Assembly (NCBI GenBank): GCA_964447415.1
Contig: CAYUSN010000001.1
Location: forward strand, 121,727-185,726
From: an uncultured Candidatus Saccharibacteria bacterium
GTDB taxonomy: Bacteria > Patescibacteriota > Minisyncoccia > Phycocordibacterales > EsbW-18
Direction of reading: 5' to 3'
DNA length: 64,000 nt
Position 1 is the stretch's first letter, and every line of letters starts with the position of its first letter. The notes beneath the pieces were generated by a model. The model was not told where the DNA came from, ran no database searches, and was given only the letters and a program-made list of their open reading frames with translations. The translations under genes and the position numbers were made by a program. Below, piece after piece: positions 48,865 to 57,913 of this stretch.

Positions 48865-49449
48865 ATGGTCATGATTCAGGCAATCGAAAGAAGGTCTCAT
48901 CCGGAAGAATCCCCACGCTTCCACGGTGGATTCGCGGTTCAGGGGATTCTCAGCGATCTGGTGATTCCCGCAGTTCCAGGCGAGTGCTACATGTACTCAT
49001 CTGAGTTCACGGTGGGTCGGCCGCTGTACGTGTTCATGAAGTGCAAGGCAAACAAGAGCCGCCCCATCGGCGCCGCGGAAGACCTCGGCCACGAGGCCAA
49101 CCTGCTCTTCTTGTTCGGCAATCCGAACGAGGTTCAGGTCTGCGCGATCAAGGAGGCACACCACTCCGGCCTACTCGGCGACTCCGTCAACGGTGAGGTG
49201 TTCGGCGAGACATGGATTGCGCCCGCCGGGATTACCGCCGAAGACTTCTACAAGCTTTGCTCACAGCAGGATGTGGCGAAGCTGGTGGAGGTTTGCCGGG
49301 CGGCGTGCTCGGAGCGCCGTGGGTTCATCGCACTGGATCCGGGAGCGGTCATTGCCATGATGACCGATTGCGGCAAGTACGGTCTGTTCTTCGTGAAGGG
49401 ACTCACCCAGGCATCGATTCAGATCGACGCCTGCCACATCTTGCTGTAG
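48865..49449 (+). CDS. Hypothetical protein, 194 aa, GC-rich.
   Basis: Strong Shine-Dalgarno AAAAGGAGATGG. TTGACA-17-TAAGAT promoter at about 48770-48800. Perfect palindrome GGACAGAA-tag-TTCTGTCC at 48808-48826 between the promoter and the Shine-Dalgarno. Confidence 0.5.
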   Translation: MVMIQAIERRSHPEESPRFHGGFAVQGILSDLVIPAVPGECYMYSSEFTVGRPLYVFMKCKANKSRPIGAAEDLGHEANLLFLFGNPNEVQVCAIKEAHHSGLLGDSVNGEVFGETWIAPAGITAEDFYKLCSQQDVAKLVEVCRAACSERRGFIALDPGAVIAMMTDCGKYGLFFVKGLTQASIQIDACHILL

Positions 49450-49471
49450 CTCTACGGAGCACAGTGGAAGC

Positions 49472-49505
49472 ATCTGCCGCCAAGAAACCTTTGGCGGCAG
49501 ATTTA
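49472..49505. terminator. Bidirectional terminator between convergent genes (ATCTGCCGCCAA-gaaacc-TTTGGCGGCAGAT then TTTAATTTTAT).
   Basis: 12-bp stem with T-rich flanks. Confidence 0.55.
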
Positions 49506-49514
49506 ATTTTATAT

Positions 49515-49991
49515 CTATAAAATTTTTCGCCACACGTACCCGATGTCATCATCCGGCGGGGTTACCTCTCCAACTCTCTTAAAACCCAACGTGTCATGGA
49601 AACTCCAAGACTCATCATGAGAACCGGGGCTGTATAAAAGAATTTCAGAAAACCCGAGCCTCTGCACTTCTTCCACCAGTTTTGATTTGAGCACCTCCCC
49701 AATACCTCTTCTCTTGAACTTTACTGCAATGACGTAAAACTCAACGGGGTTATCTGTTTGCACAAACGGTTTCAAGTAGTCAGCCACTTTTTTAAAGCCG
49801 ACAATTCCTACAATTTCACTACCTTCTGTTGCTACAAAAAAACCGGAATCTTTCTTTGGAGCATTTTGAGTGTACAGTTCTAATTCACCTGAAAGCTCCC
49901 TCAGAAATTCCAAGTCTGTCCAATACAAAGCAAAAATTTCTTCAACCGCTTTTTGGTCACTTTTCTGAAATTCTCGGATAATCATCTGCAT
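49515..49991 (-). CDS. GNAT family N-acetyltransferase.
   Basis: Motif A (…KRRGIGEVL…) and GNAT fold layout. Confidence 0.75.
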   Translation of the reverse strand: MQMIIREFQKSDQKAVEEIFALYWTDLEFLRELSGELELYTQNAPKKDSGFFVATEGSEIVGIVGFKKVADYLKPFVQTDNPVEFYVIAVKFKRRGIGEVLKSKLVEEVQRLGFSEILLYSPGSHDESWSFHDTLGFKRVGEVTPPDDDIGYVWRKIL

Positions 49992-50123
49992 ATTTTAACA
50001 AAACTGTGCGATATGTGAATTAGTATTTAGAATGAACCTTCAATCTTTGTGAGGTGTATTCAAAGATTTTCTGAAAAGATTGGGTACATAATAAAAACCC
50101 CCGCCAAACGGCGGGGGTTTTTA

Positions 50124-50471
50124 TTATGCGATGACTTGGGTGACGATGCGATCGAATGTTTTCGGGTGGTCTTTGGCAATCTCGGCGAGCATCTTGCGGT
50201 TCAGCACAATACCTTTCTTGTGCACGAGCCCCATAAACTTACTGTATGAAATGCTGTGCGGTGCGAGTCCTGCGGAAATGCGTGTCTGCCAGAGCATGCG
50301 GAAATCGTTTTTCTTGTCGCGGCGGTGTGCGAATGCGTAGACACCGGCGTGCACCAGCGCTTCGTGCGCCTGGCGCTCCTTGCTCTTGCGCGCGTTGCGG
50401 AAACCTTTCGTGCGTGAAAGCACGTTGCGGCGGCGCTTCGTTGATATTTTGCCTCGTTTGACTCGTGTCAT
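50124..50471 (-). CDS. rplT: 50S ribosomal protein L20.
   Basis: MTRVKRGKISTKRRRNVL… L20 N-terminus and core. Confidence 0.92.
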   Translation of the reverse strand: MTRVKRGKISTKRRRNVLSRTKGFRNARKSKERQAHEALVHAGVYAFAHRRDKKNDFRMLWQTRISAGLAPHSISYSKFMGLVHKKGIVLNRKMLAEIAKDHPKTFDRIVTQVIA

Positions 50472-50480
50472 GGTGGTATT

Positions 50481-50666
50481 TTATTTGCCTGCCAAAAAGC
50501 GCGTGCGGAGCTTCACCGTCAGATTGACGCGCTGGTTTCGTTTTCGCTTGAGCTGGACGCCCCGCGACTCTTTCGCGTTGTAGTGGTTGCCGCCGGCTTT
50601 TCGGCCCAGGATTTTCCCGTTTTTGGTGACGCGCAACCGCTTGGTATATGCCTTGTTTGTCTTCAT
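50481..50666 (-). CDS. rpmI: 50S ribosomal protein L35.
   Basis: 61-aa Lys/Arg-rich protein (…KRLRVTKNGKI…) between infC and rplT. Confidence 0.85.
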   Translation of the reverse strand: MKTNKAYTKRLRVTKNGKILGRKAGGNHYNAKESRGVQLKRKRNQRVNLTVKLRTRFLAGK

Positions 50667-50879
50667 AAAAAGAAGCCCCGATGGGCTCGCTTATAATACC
50701 TTTTTCCGCCTGTTTTGCAAGGGTTCCTGTATTGGTGTAGTGGGGCCGTTTTTGCGGCCCCACGTGTGCGCAATGAGCCCCTATTTTTAGAAAGCCTCTG
50801 CAGGGGACGGCGGTCCCGAAAGGAGAAAACCGCCAGTAGGCGGTTTTTGTGCTTTCAAAAATACGGGGCGAGTGAAGGG
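50667..50879 (-). promoter_or_regulatory. Candidate L20-responsive leader in the infC-rpmI intergenic region, ~210 nt.
   Basis: GC hairpins read on the minus strand (GGGGCCGTTTTTGCGGCCCC, AAACCGCC-agta-GGCGGTTT). The position matches the known L20 autoregulatory site. Confidence 0.25.
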
Positions 50880-51404
50880 CTATTTGCGCTCCAACACCAT
50901 GGACATGCCTTTGGGGTTCTTGGCAGGTGCCTCCGCGATCTTAAATTCAACCGCCAAAAGCTTCAAAAACCGCTCCATACGCTCCTTGAGGAAGGCGTCT
51001 CCGAGGAATTTGGCCCGTCCGCGCAGATACAGTTCAAACCGCACGCGGTGTCCGTCGGCAAGCCAGGCAGAGGCCTGTTTTGCCTTGATACCCATAGAGT
51101 CCTCCGACGTGCCGATTTTTATCTGCACGCTTTTTGTTTCTGTCTGATGCGATTTTGCTTTTACGTCGCGCGCTTTCTTTTTCTGCTCATAGAGATATTT
51201 GCCGAACTCGATGATTTTTGCGACCGGCGGCACCGCGTTGGGGGAGATTTCAACTAAGTCCAATTCTGCCTCGCGCGCCTTTGCCATCGCTTCCTCACGT
51301 GAAATAACGCCGATGTTTTCGCCATCTGCGCCGATAACGCGAAGCTCCGGGGCACGAATGCCTTCGTTAACGCGTGTACCTCCTTTGTCTCGTGGATTAC
51401 TCAC
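50880..51404 (-). CDS. infC: Translation initiation factor IF-3.
   Basis: IF-3 N- and C-terminal domains (…INEGIRAPELRVIGADGE…). The true start may be a non-ATG codon. Confidence 0.9.
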   Translation of the reverse strand: MSNPRDKGGTRVNEGIRAPELRVIGADGENIGVISREEAMAKAREAELDLVEISPNAVPPVAKIIEFGKYLYEQKKKARDVKAKSHQTETKSVQIKIGTSEDSMGIKAKQASAWLADGHRVRFELYLRGRAKFLGDAFLKERMERFLKLLAVEFKIAEAPAKNPKGMSMVLERK

Positions 51405-51491
51405 TTGTGGGCTGATACTACTACAACTTCACGTATTTTTCAATCTGCTTTACGTATAGATAAAATTTTCATAAAGCCACTTCTAAAAATA

Positions 51492-51524
51492 CTTGACAAT
51501 TCCATATAAAAATGTATTTTATAA
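51492..51524 (+). promoter_or_regulatory. Promoter-like TTGACA…TATAAT with 21-nt spacing, upstream of the radical-SAM gene.
   Basis: Perfect hexamers but suboptimal spacing. Confidence 0.3.
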
Positions 51525-51575
51525 TAAGAATTCAAAGAATGGGTGCCAATACCCATGAAAAGGAGGAGGCACGCC

Positions 51576-52628
51576 ATGTGCTCTTTGAAAACTCAAACAG
51601 CAACAAGTTCACGACCAGGCTGTGCGTGGATTACAGTGAATCGCGTGTGTAACTTCAGGTGCTCCTGGTGTTACGCGCAGGGTACCGAGTACAACCCAAA
51701 CCAAAGTATGACGCTCGAGCTTGCAGAAGCACTCGTGTCTCTTCTCGAATCATTGGGTATCCGAGACGTTACAGTGATTGGAGGAGAGCCGACTCTCTGG
51801 AAACACCTGATTGAATTCAACGCGCTCTGTGCTGGCAGGGGAATCAAGACGGGGCTCGTAACAAACGCCATGCGTTTCGGAATCGATGGTTTTTGGGAGC
51901 GCTACATGAAGGCTCCCAACAATCACGCGGGCGTCTCGGTGAAGGCGTTTGATGAAAAAAGCCTTCAAGCGGTTGCCGGTGTTGCGCGCTTCGATCTCTC
52001 AAAAAAGGGCATCGAGCGTGCGGTCAAGTTCTTCAACTGTGGCGTAAGCACTGTCTACAACACCGCTTGTGCGGACTCTCTCGTAGAGATTGCCCGATTT
52101 GCGATGGAGTGTGGGGCCAGGTCCTTGAGAATAAGCCCCTGTACCCCGGCACTTTCCGGAAAGAAGGTCGACGGATCCTACGTGGTGGAGCCTCATACGC
52201 TCGTGAAGAACGTGGTAGGTATCTATCCGCAACTTCATGAGATCACGCACGGACAGGTCAGTTTCTCGATGAAGCTCCCGCTATGTCTGTGGCCGCGGGA
52301 ATTCATCGACACCCTGATTCGGCGAAACCAAATCAGCACGGTTTGCCAGCTCCAACACCGATCAGGTATTATCTTCGATACGGACGGGCATCTTGCAATC
52401 TGCAACAGTTTGTTCGACTATCCGGTCGGTAAGTACGGCGAGGACTTTAATGATGCTGACTCGCTTCTTGCCGTCGTGAACAGACCTGACGTTGTGGCTC
52501 TCTACGACAGACTTACTTCCTATCCGTCGAAGAAGTGTGTCGAGTGTGAGAAGTTCAACATCTGTGCGGGCGGATGTCCTCTGTACTGGACACTCTACCA
52601 TCCTGAGGAGCTCATCCCCGGCTGGTGA
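51576..52628 (+). CDS. Radical SAM / SPASM-domain peptide-modifying enzyme.
   Basis: CNFRCSWC (Cx3Cx2C) radical-SAM cluster. C-terminal SPASM cysteines (…CVECEKFNICAGGCP). AAAGGAGGAGG Shine-Dalgarno before ATG at 51576. The longer ORF reaches 51543. Confidence 0.8.
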   Translation: MCSLKTQTATSSRPGCAWITVNRVCNFRCSWCYAQGTEYNPNQSMTLELAEALVSLLESLGIRDVTVIGGEPTLWKHLIEFNALCAGRGIKTGLVTNAMRFGIDGFWERYMKAPNNHAGVSVKAFDEKSLQAVAGVARFDLSKKGIERAVKFFNCGVSTVYNTACADSLVEIARFAMECGARSLRISPCTPALSGKKVDGSYVVEPHTLVKNVVGIYPQLHEITHGQVSFSMKLPLCLWPREFIDTLIRRNQISTVCQLQHRSGIIFDTDGHLAICNSLFDYPVGKYGEDFNDADSLLAVVNRPDVVALYDRLTSYPSKKCVECEKFNICAGGCPLYWTLYHPEELIPGW

Positions 52629-52669
52629 GAGAACCCCGCCAATCGAAGCACCGAAAGGAGGTGATACAA

Positions 52670-52825
52670 ATGGAGTTGCTGCTCGAGATTCCGGTCACGG
52701 GCATTCAGCCGACCTGTCGTCCCATCGGGCTCAGCACCGCCTCTCGAGAGGGGCAGTGTGATCCGCCGCCGGACGACTGCGCGAATCCGGACGACTGCGA
52801 CTGTGACTGCGCCCCGCCGCACTGA
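52670..52825 (+). CDS. Candidate RiPP precursor peptide, 51 aa. Leader MELLLEIPVTGIQPT followed by a Cys/Asp/Pro-rich core with 6 Cys.
   Basis: 13-nt perfect Shine-Dalgarno GAAAGGAGGTGAT 4 nt before ATG. Lies 42 nt after the radical-SAM stop. Followed by a terminator. About 62% GC. Confidence 0.55.
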   Translation: MELLLEIPVTGIQPTCRPIGLSTASREGQCDPPPDDCANPDDCDCDCAPPH

Positions 52826-52857
52826 CGGCACCCTCTCTGGGGGCACCAGAGACATCC

Positions 52858-52897
52858 CTCGGCAAGAAGATTGCCGAGGGATTTATTTTTTGTCACA
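52858..52897 (+). terminator. Intrinsic terminator (CCCTCGGCAA-gaagat-TGCCGAGGG then ATTTATTTTTTG).
   Basis: Hairpin plus T tract after the precursor ORF. Confidence 0.6.
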
Positions 52898-52905
52898 ATG
52901 GGGCA

Positions 52906-53550
52906 ATGAACGAGGTAATTAGTCTATCTTTTAAATACTCAAAAATTCTTGAAAAAGAAAGAATTACTAACACGATCAAACGTCTTAGTTGGTACAAAGA
53001 GAATAAGTATAACGTTGATTTAATCGGTTTCCCAAAAGAACTCAATAGAGAAAGGATTTTTTCTGTTTCTGATACTGATATTTCGAACGCTATTGATGCT
53101 GAATACGATGAGACAAAATTTGTTGAATCAGAAAGGTCATTAAGAGAACTTTTTCCCCTATATCACGACCGGCTCACATGTTTTTTGGATGAGATAAAAC
53201 TGTCCATTATTCCGTCCATTGTTGTTCAGCTGACCATGTATGGTATGGGCGGGAGCTATTCTTTACCAAACAAAGCGATAGTGAATATCGCAAAATATTA
53301 CGGCGTCGGATTACTGAGAAACATGCTCCATGAAATTATTCACCTGCATATTCAACATCTTATCGACAGGTACAAACTCAGCCAGTGGCAGAAAGAAAGG
53401 GTTGTTGACTTGCTTATAGAGAAACTTGTTCCAGAACTCGCAAAGCAACAAAAAATACCAATTGATATTTCTGTTGTTGATGAAGCGTTCAACAAATATT
53501 ATCCGGATGTACCACGAGTAATACAAAATATTGCCGTCTCCCACGGATAA
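52906..53550 (+). CDS. Hypothetical protein with an HExxH motif (HEIIHLH), AT-rich.
   Basis: ORF with HExxH. About 36% GC, unlike its neighbours. Confidence 0.5.
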   Translation: MNEVISLSFKYSKILEKERITNTIKRLSWYKENKYNVDLIGFPKELNRERIFSVSDTDISNAIDAEYDETKFVESERSLRELFPLYHDRLTCFLDEIKLSIIPSIVVQLTMYGMGGSYSLPNKAIVNIAKYYGVGLLRNMLHEIIHLHIQHLIDRYKLSQWQKERVVDLLIEKLVPELAKQQKIPIDISVVDEAFNKYYPDVPRVIQNIAVSHG

Positions 53551-53571
53551 AATCACCTGTTGCAAGTAAGT

Positions 53572-55188
53572 TTAAGAGAGGGCGGGGAGGTCGACGAAGA
53601 AGGTGGAGCCTTTTCCTCGACCTTCTGATTCTGCCCAGATGCGGCCGCCGTGCGCTTCCACAATTTTCTTTGCGATAAATAGTCCGTAGCCGGTTGAGTG
53701 CGGATTGATGTTGCGTGACTCTTCTCCGCGACCGCCTTCGGTAAACAACACTTGCATATCCTCAGGGGTGAGTCCGATACCGGTGTCCTTCACCGAAAAG
53801 ATAATCCGTTTTCCTGAGCGCGACAGCGAGACGGTGATGGAGCCCGACGGCGTGTAGTTGGTCGCGTTGTTGATGAGGTTGCCGATGAGGTGATTGGTGA
53901 GTTGGTCGGCGTCGCCGCTGATCTGATAGTCGCCCGGCGCGATATGTGAAGAAAGCGTCAGTCCTTTTTTCTTTGCATTTTCCTCAAGCATCGGAAGCGC
54001 GTCCTCAAGTGTTTTTTTGAAGTCAAACGGCTGTATCTGATAGGCGACCTTTCCGGTCTTGAAGTCCGAGATTCGCAAGAACTCTTTAATTTCGTTGATT
54101 GCTTTTTGGTCTTTTGCGAGCGCTTCTTTGACCATCGCGCGGGTCTCATCGTTGATGGGACCAAACGTGTCGGTCAACAGCGCGTCAAAGGCGCCTGAGG
54201 AGTCGGTGAGATAGCCCTTCACTTCGTGGGTGATGAACCGCATGGTATCAACCTGTTGTTTGTTCATGACCTGCAGTTGTTCACGCAGGGCCACCTCGCG
54301 TTTGACACTTTTCACGAGCGCGGCGCCAATTGCCATCACAAAAAGAAATGTTACCGCAATGACGTAGCGCAGGTTTTCAATGTGACGCACAAAAAGCATT
54401 GCAAATACCAAACCGGCGAGTGCGATGACAAGCATTTGTGCGCCGATGATTTTCACACTGAATGCATGATAGCGGACAATCATAAAGGCAAGGAATGCCA
54501 AAAAGAGCACCATACCGATCGGTCCGATGAGGTTCACTTCATATACCAAGAAATAGTCGCCGGCGAGATTAGTGAGCGTGAATACTAAAAGAAAGAGTGC
54601 AGAGGCAACAGAGAGCATCAGTATCTGCTTGCGGGCCACTCCTTCCGACGTTTTTCGCAGATAGTGAAACGAAAGATACACCACAAAAAGTATTGAGGCG
54701 AATTCAAGCGCATAAATGTAGTACCAGAGTGAGCCGTAAATTGCTTCACAATTTATCAAATCAAAAGCAATCATATTAAACTGCGTCGGAAGGAGCACGA
54801 TGACCGGCGTATACAAAAGAACCATTATTAGATTTTGTCTGAAACTCAACTCGGAACCTTTAAAGTATATCCATGTGAAGTACACAATGAGGTACACCAG
54901 CATGGAGTGAAAGAGAGCGGAGAGCTCCCACCCGAAATACACAAAATCGGCGCGAACCGCAATCCATTGAATAATCTCATTGAGTAGTAAGAGTGCAAAA
55001 AGAACGGAAAGCGCAAGCAGCAATCTCGATTGCAACTGTTGGGTGTTCTTTAAAAAAATGAACAGACCGAAAAAAACGGAAAAAATTGCGATGGGGAGAT
55101 ACGCATAATACATCAACGTCGGCGCAATTGTCGTGTCAAAAAGACCCCAGAGATTTGCGATTGAATCAGGACAAAGCAGGACATCCAT
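53572..55188 (-). CDS. Sensor histidine kinase with a polytopic (about 7-8 TM) N-terminal domain.
   Basis: H-box FITHEVKGYL. HATPase_c G-boxes (DTGIGL…GYGLFIAK). Several N-terminal hydrophobic helices. Confidence 0.85.
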   Translation of the reverse strand: MDVLLCPDSIANLWGLFDTTIAPTLMYYAYLPIAIFSVFFGLFIFLKNTQQLQSRLLLALSVLFALLLLNEIIQWIAVRADFVYFGWELSALFHSMLVYLIVYFTWIYFKGSELSFRQNLIMVLLYTPVIVLLPTQFNMIAFDLINCEAIYGSLWYYIYALEFASILFVVYLSFHYLRKTSEGVARKQILMLSVASALFLLVFTLTNLAGDYFLVYEVNLIGPIGMVLFLAFLAFMIVRYHAFSVKIIGAQMLVIALAGLVFAMLFVRHIENLRYVIAVTFLFVMAIGAALVKSVKREVALREQLQVMNKQQVDTMRFITHEVKGYLTDSSGAFDALLTDTFGPINDETRAMVKEALAKDQKAINEIKEFLRISDFKTGKVAYQIQPFDFKKTLEDALPMLEENAKKKGLTLSSHIAPGDYQISGDADQLTNHLIGNLINNATNYTPSGSITVSLSRSGKRIIFSVKDTGIGLTPEDMQVLFTEGGRGEESRNINPHSTGYGLFIAKKIVEAHGGRIWAESEGRGKGSTFFVDLPALS

Positions 55189-55233
55189 ATGGAGGAATTG
55201 TAGTATAATATTTACATAAAGACAAAACGGTTT

Positions 55234-55806
55234 ATGAAGAAATCATATTCTTGGGTAAATTCAAAATTGATTGTTAAAGAAACCCCACACATGGGGTTGG
55301 GGGTCTTTACCGACCGAAATATACAAAAAAACGAAATTCTGGTTGTCTTGGGTGGTTATATTTATGATATAAACGATGAAAACAAACTCAAGGGTTTTAA
55401 TGAAGACAAGCCAATTGAAATATCAGAGCATTTTTCCTTTTGTCCGCACCGTGAGGATGATATGGATAGGATGTTTCAACATTATCTGAACCATAGTTGC
55501 GAGCCAAATGTTGGATTTCGGGGACAACTCTTTATGGTTGCGTTACGAGATATCATGGTGGGTGAAGAGCTCTGTTATGACTACGCAATGATCATGCACT
55601 CTAATGAGAAGAGCACAAACACCTTCTCTATGAAGTGTTTATGTGGGGCCGCATCGTGTCGGGGTGAAATTAAGGAAGATGATTGGAAAATACCGGCACT
55701 GCAAAGTAAATATGATGGTTACTTTCAATATTACCTGCAGGAGAAAATAAAAAATCCGGGAAGAGAACTATATATCCTTCCCGACGATTTCTATAAAAAA
55801 GAATAA
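55234..55806 (+). CDS. SET-domain protein (putative protein-lysine methyltransferase).
   Basis: NHSCEPN and ELCYDY SET signatures. Post-SET Cys cluster CLCGAASCRG. Confidence 0.75.
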   Translation: MKKSYSWVNSKLIVKETPHMGLGVFTDRNIQKNEILVVLGGYIYDINDENKLKGFNEDKPIEISEHFSFCPHREDDMDRMFQHYLNHSCEPNVGFRGQLFMVALRDIMVGEELCYDYAMIMHSNEKSTNTFSMKCLCGAASCRGEIKEDDWKIPALQSKYDGYFQYYLQEKIKNPGRELYILPDDFYKKE

Positions 55807-55971
55807 TTTGGCTATTCTTCACCAACCTCCTCAACAACTTCAAAATCTTGTAGGAAGAAAGTTCTATACGTTGTGTAGCCGATAGAAATTAAAATTACCA
55901 ACAGAAAAACAAAAAACAGAAGTTTTGAATTCTTGTCCATATGGGGTTACTATACTACGTATACACCACCC

Positions 55972-57354
55972 ATGAAAGTGCTGTTTGTCTCAAAAGATCT
56001 GTTGGCCGGAAATCTCGCAGTTTTGCTGCGGAAGGAAGGGCATGAAGTGAAATTGTATATAGAGGACGGCTCGCGTCGGAAAAACTTACAGGGTCTCGTG
56101 ACCCAGACGGAGGACTGGGAAAAGGACCTTGAGTGGGTCGGTAAAGACGGCCTGATTGTTTTTGATGACGTCGGGTTCGGAAAAACACAGGACGCACTTC
56201 GAAAGAAGGGGTATCGGGTGTTCGGTGGCTCGTATACAGGTGAGCGCATGGAGACGAACCGATACTTCGGTCACGAGATTTTCCGACACAACGGCATTCA
56301 GACGTTTCCACTGCTCGATTTCGACGGCATTGATACCGCCATTAAATTTCTTGGGGAACACAAGGGTAAATGGGTGCTGAAGCAAAACAATTCCGACAAG
56401 GAGTTTACCTATGTCGGGTATCTTGAGGATGCGAGCGATACGATAGCTGTGCTGAAGAATTATGACAATCGAACGAAGTATAAGCACCACATTGTCACGC
56501 TCCATAAACGAATAGAGGGAGTTGAAGTCGGGGTCGCGCGATACTTTAACGGCCATGACTGGGTGGGACCCATTGAAATGAATCTGGAACATAAACACCT
56601 GTTCCCCGGAGATATCGGGCCGATGACATTTGAGATGGGAACGCTGGCCTGGTATGACGACGATGAGAACAATAAACTCTTTCAAGAAACGCTTGCCAAA
56701 CTGAAAGATTTTCTCATCAAGGCGGATTTCAGGGGCGATTTCAGTATCAATTGCATCGTCAATGAACACGGAGCTTTCCCAACTGAGGCAACAGCGCGCT
56801 TGGGATGCCCGATAATACATTTACAGACGGAGCTTCACGATTCTTCGTGGGGCGATTTTTTATATGCAGTTGCAAGCGGGGAGCCGTTTGATTTGCAGTG
56901 GAAGAGAGGATTCGGTCTTGTTGCGACTGTCGCGCTTCCGCCGTTCCCGTTTCACTTCGAAGGTCATCCGGTGTCTAGCAGCGGCATTCCGATTCATTTG
57001 GGCGGATATGCACAAGAGCAAAGTGAACATATTCACTTTGATGAAGTGTCGGTTTCCGGCAGTGGCAACAACAACTACTTTGTCTCCGGTGATGCGGGAT
57101 ACGGTTTGTACGTGACGTCTGTCGGAAAGACGGTGAGGGAAGCGCAGAAAAAGCTGTACAAAATTATTGAAGACATTCACATACCGCGCATGTTCTACCG
57201 CAACGACATCGGCAACCGGTATTTGAAATCAGATGCAAAAAAACTGAAGCAGTGGGGGTACCTGAAAGAAACATTTGCAGAACACTACCTGTCATTTCTT
57301 GTAGACTGGAACTTTTCGGAGAAAAACGAGGAAAAAGAAAGCAGCGCCTCGTAA
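55972..57354 (+). CDS. ATP-grasp fold protein (PurD-like layout).
   Basis: N-terminal Rossmann-like MKVLFVS… followed by central and C-terminal ATP-grasp-like segments. The assignment is tentative. Confidence 0.45.
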   Translation: MKVLFVSKDLLAGNLAVLLRKEGHEVKLYIEDGSRRKNLQGLVTQTEDWEKDLEWVGKDGLIVFDDVGFGKTQDALRKKGYRVFGGSYTGERMETNRYFGHEIFRHNGIQTFPLLDFDGIDTAIKFLGEHKGKWVLKQNNSDKEFTYVGYLEDASDTIAVLKNYDNRTKYKHHIVTLHKRIEGVEVGVARYFNGHDWVGPIEMNLEHKHLFPGDIGPMTFEMGTLAWYDDDENNKLFQETLAKLKDFLIKADFRGDFSINCIVNEHGAFPTEATARLGCPIIHLQTELHDSSWGDFLYAVASGEPFDLQWKRGFGLVATVALPPFPFHFEGHPVSSSGIPIHLGGYAQEQSEHIHFDEVSVSGSGNNNYFVSGDAGYGLYVTSVGKTVREAQKKLYKIIEDIHIPRMFYRNDIGNRYLKSDAKKLKQWGYLKETFAEHYLSFLVDWNFSEKNEEKESSAS

Positions 57355-57391
57355 GAGACGCTGCTCGGGTGGTTCCGCGTTGGTTGTTGGC

Positions 57392-57913
57392 TTAGAAAAT
57401 CGACGAGACGGATTTCCAGACCCACTCGCCGACCTCCAGGCCGGTGAATACGGCGAAGGTCCACCAGGCATTGGCAATGACGAACGAGACGAGGAAAATC
57501 ACCCAGTCCCGCTTGCTCATGCCGTTGTACTGATGTGCACCGTGTCGCATATACACGGTGCAAATGAATGGGTCGAATTTCACCGACAGAATGAGCATCA
57601 CTGCCCAGTCTCCGCGGCGCATCGCCCACTGCATGATTCTTTGAAAGAGCTTTTTCGCTTCGGCATCGCGAACCTCTTTCAAGGTTTCGATGCCGAGCCA
57701 GTCCGTACGCGACCAGTCGTAGAACTTCATGGTCGCGTAGCAGTTGATGAAGGAAAGTACCCACATGATGGCGGCACCCTTCACCAACCCGGCCTTCCAC
57801 ATCACCCACGGATAGAGGGCGTAATCGAAGACCCAGACGAGGAGGAAGTTGGCGATGTATCCAACTCCCCAGATCCCAACTCGCTCTTTGAGCGACTTTC
57901 TGGTGTTGGTCAC
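57392..57913 (-). CDS. Hypothetical polytopic membrane protein, 173 aa. GTG start with GAAAGGAAG Shine-Dalgarno.
   Basis: Several TM helices. Preferred over the overlapping plus-strand ORF 57380-57919, which has R/G/P/H-rich antisense composition. Confidence 0.5.
   Translation of the reverse strand: MTNTRKSLKERVGIWGVGYIANFLLVWVFDYALYPWVMWKAGLVKGAAIMWVLSFINCYATMKFYDWSRTDWLGIETLKEVRDAEAKKLFQRIMQWAMRRGDWAVMLILSVKFDPFICTVYMRHGAHQYNGMSKRDWVIFLVSFVIANAWWTFAVFTGLEVGEWVWKSVSSIF

Noticed and set aside
55812-55940. 42-aa minus-strand ORF (MDKNSKLLFFVFLLVILISIGYTTYRTFFLQDFEVVEEVGEE) with one TM helix, between the SET and ATP-grasp genes.
   Set aside because: Below the ORF-track threshold, no Shine-Dalgarno, and could be a chance ORF in AT-rich DNA. 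Noted as a possible small membrane protein only.
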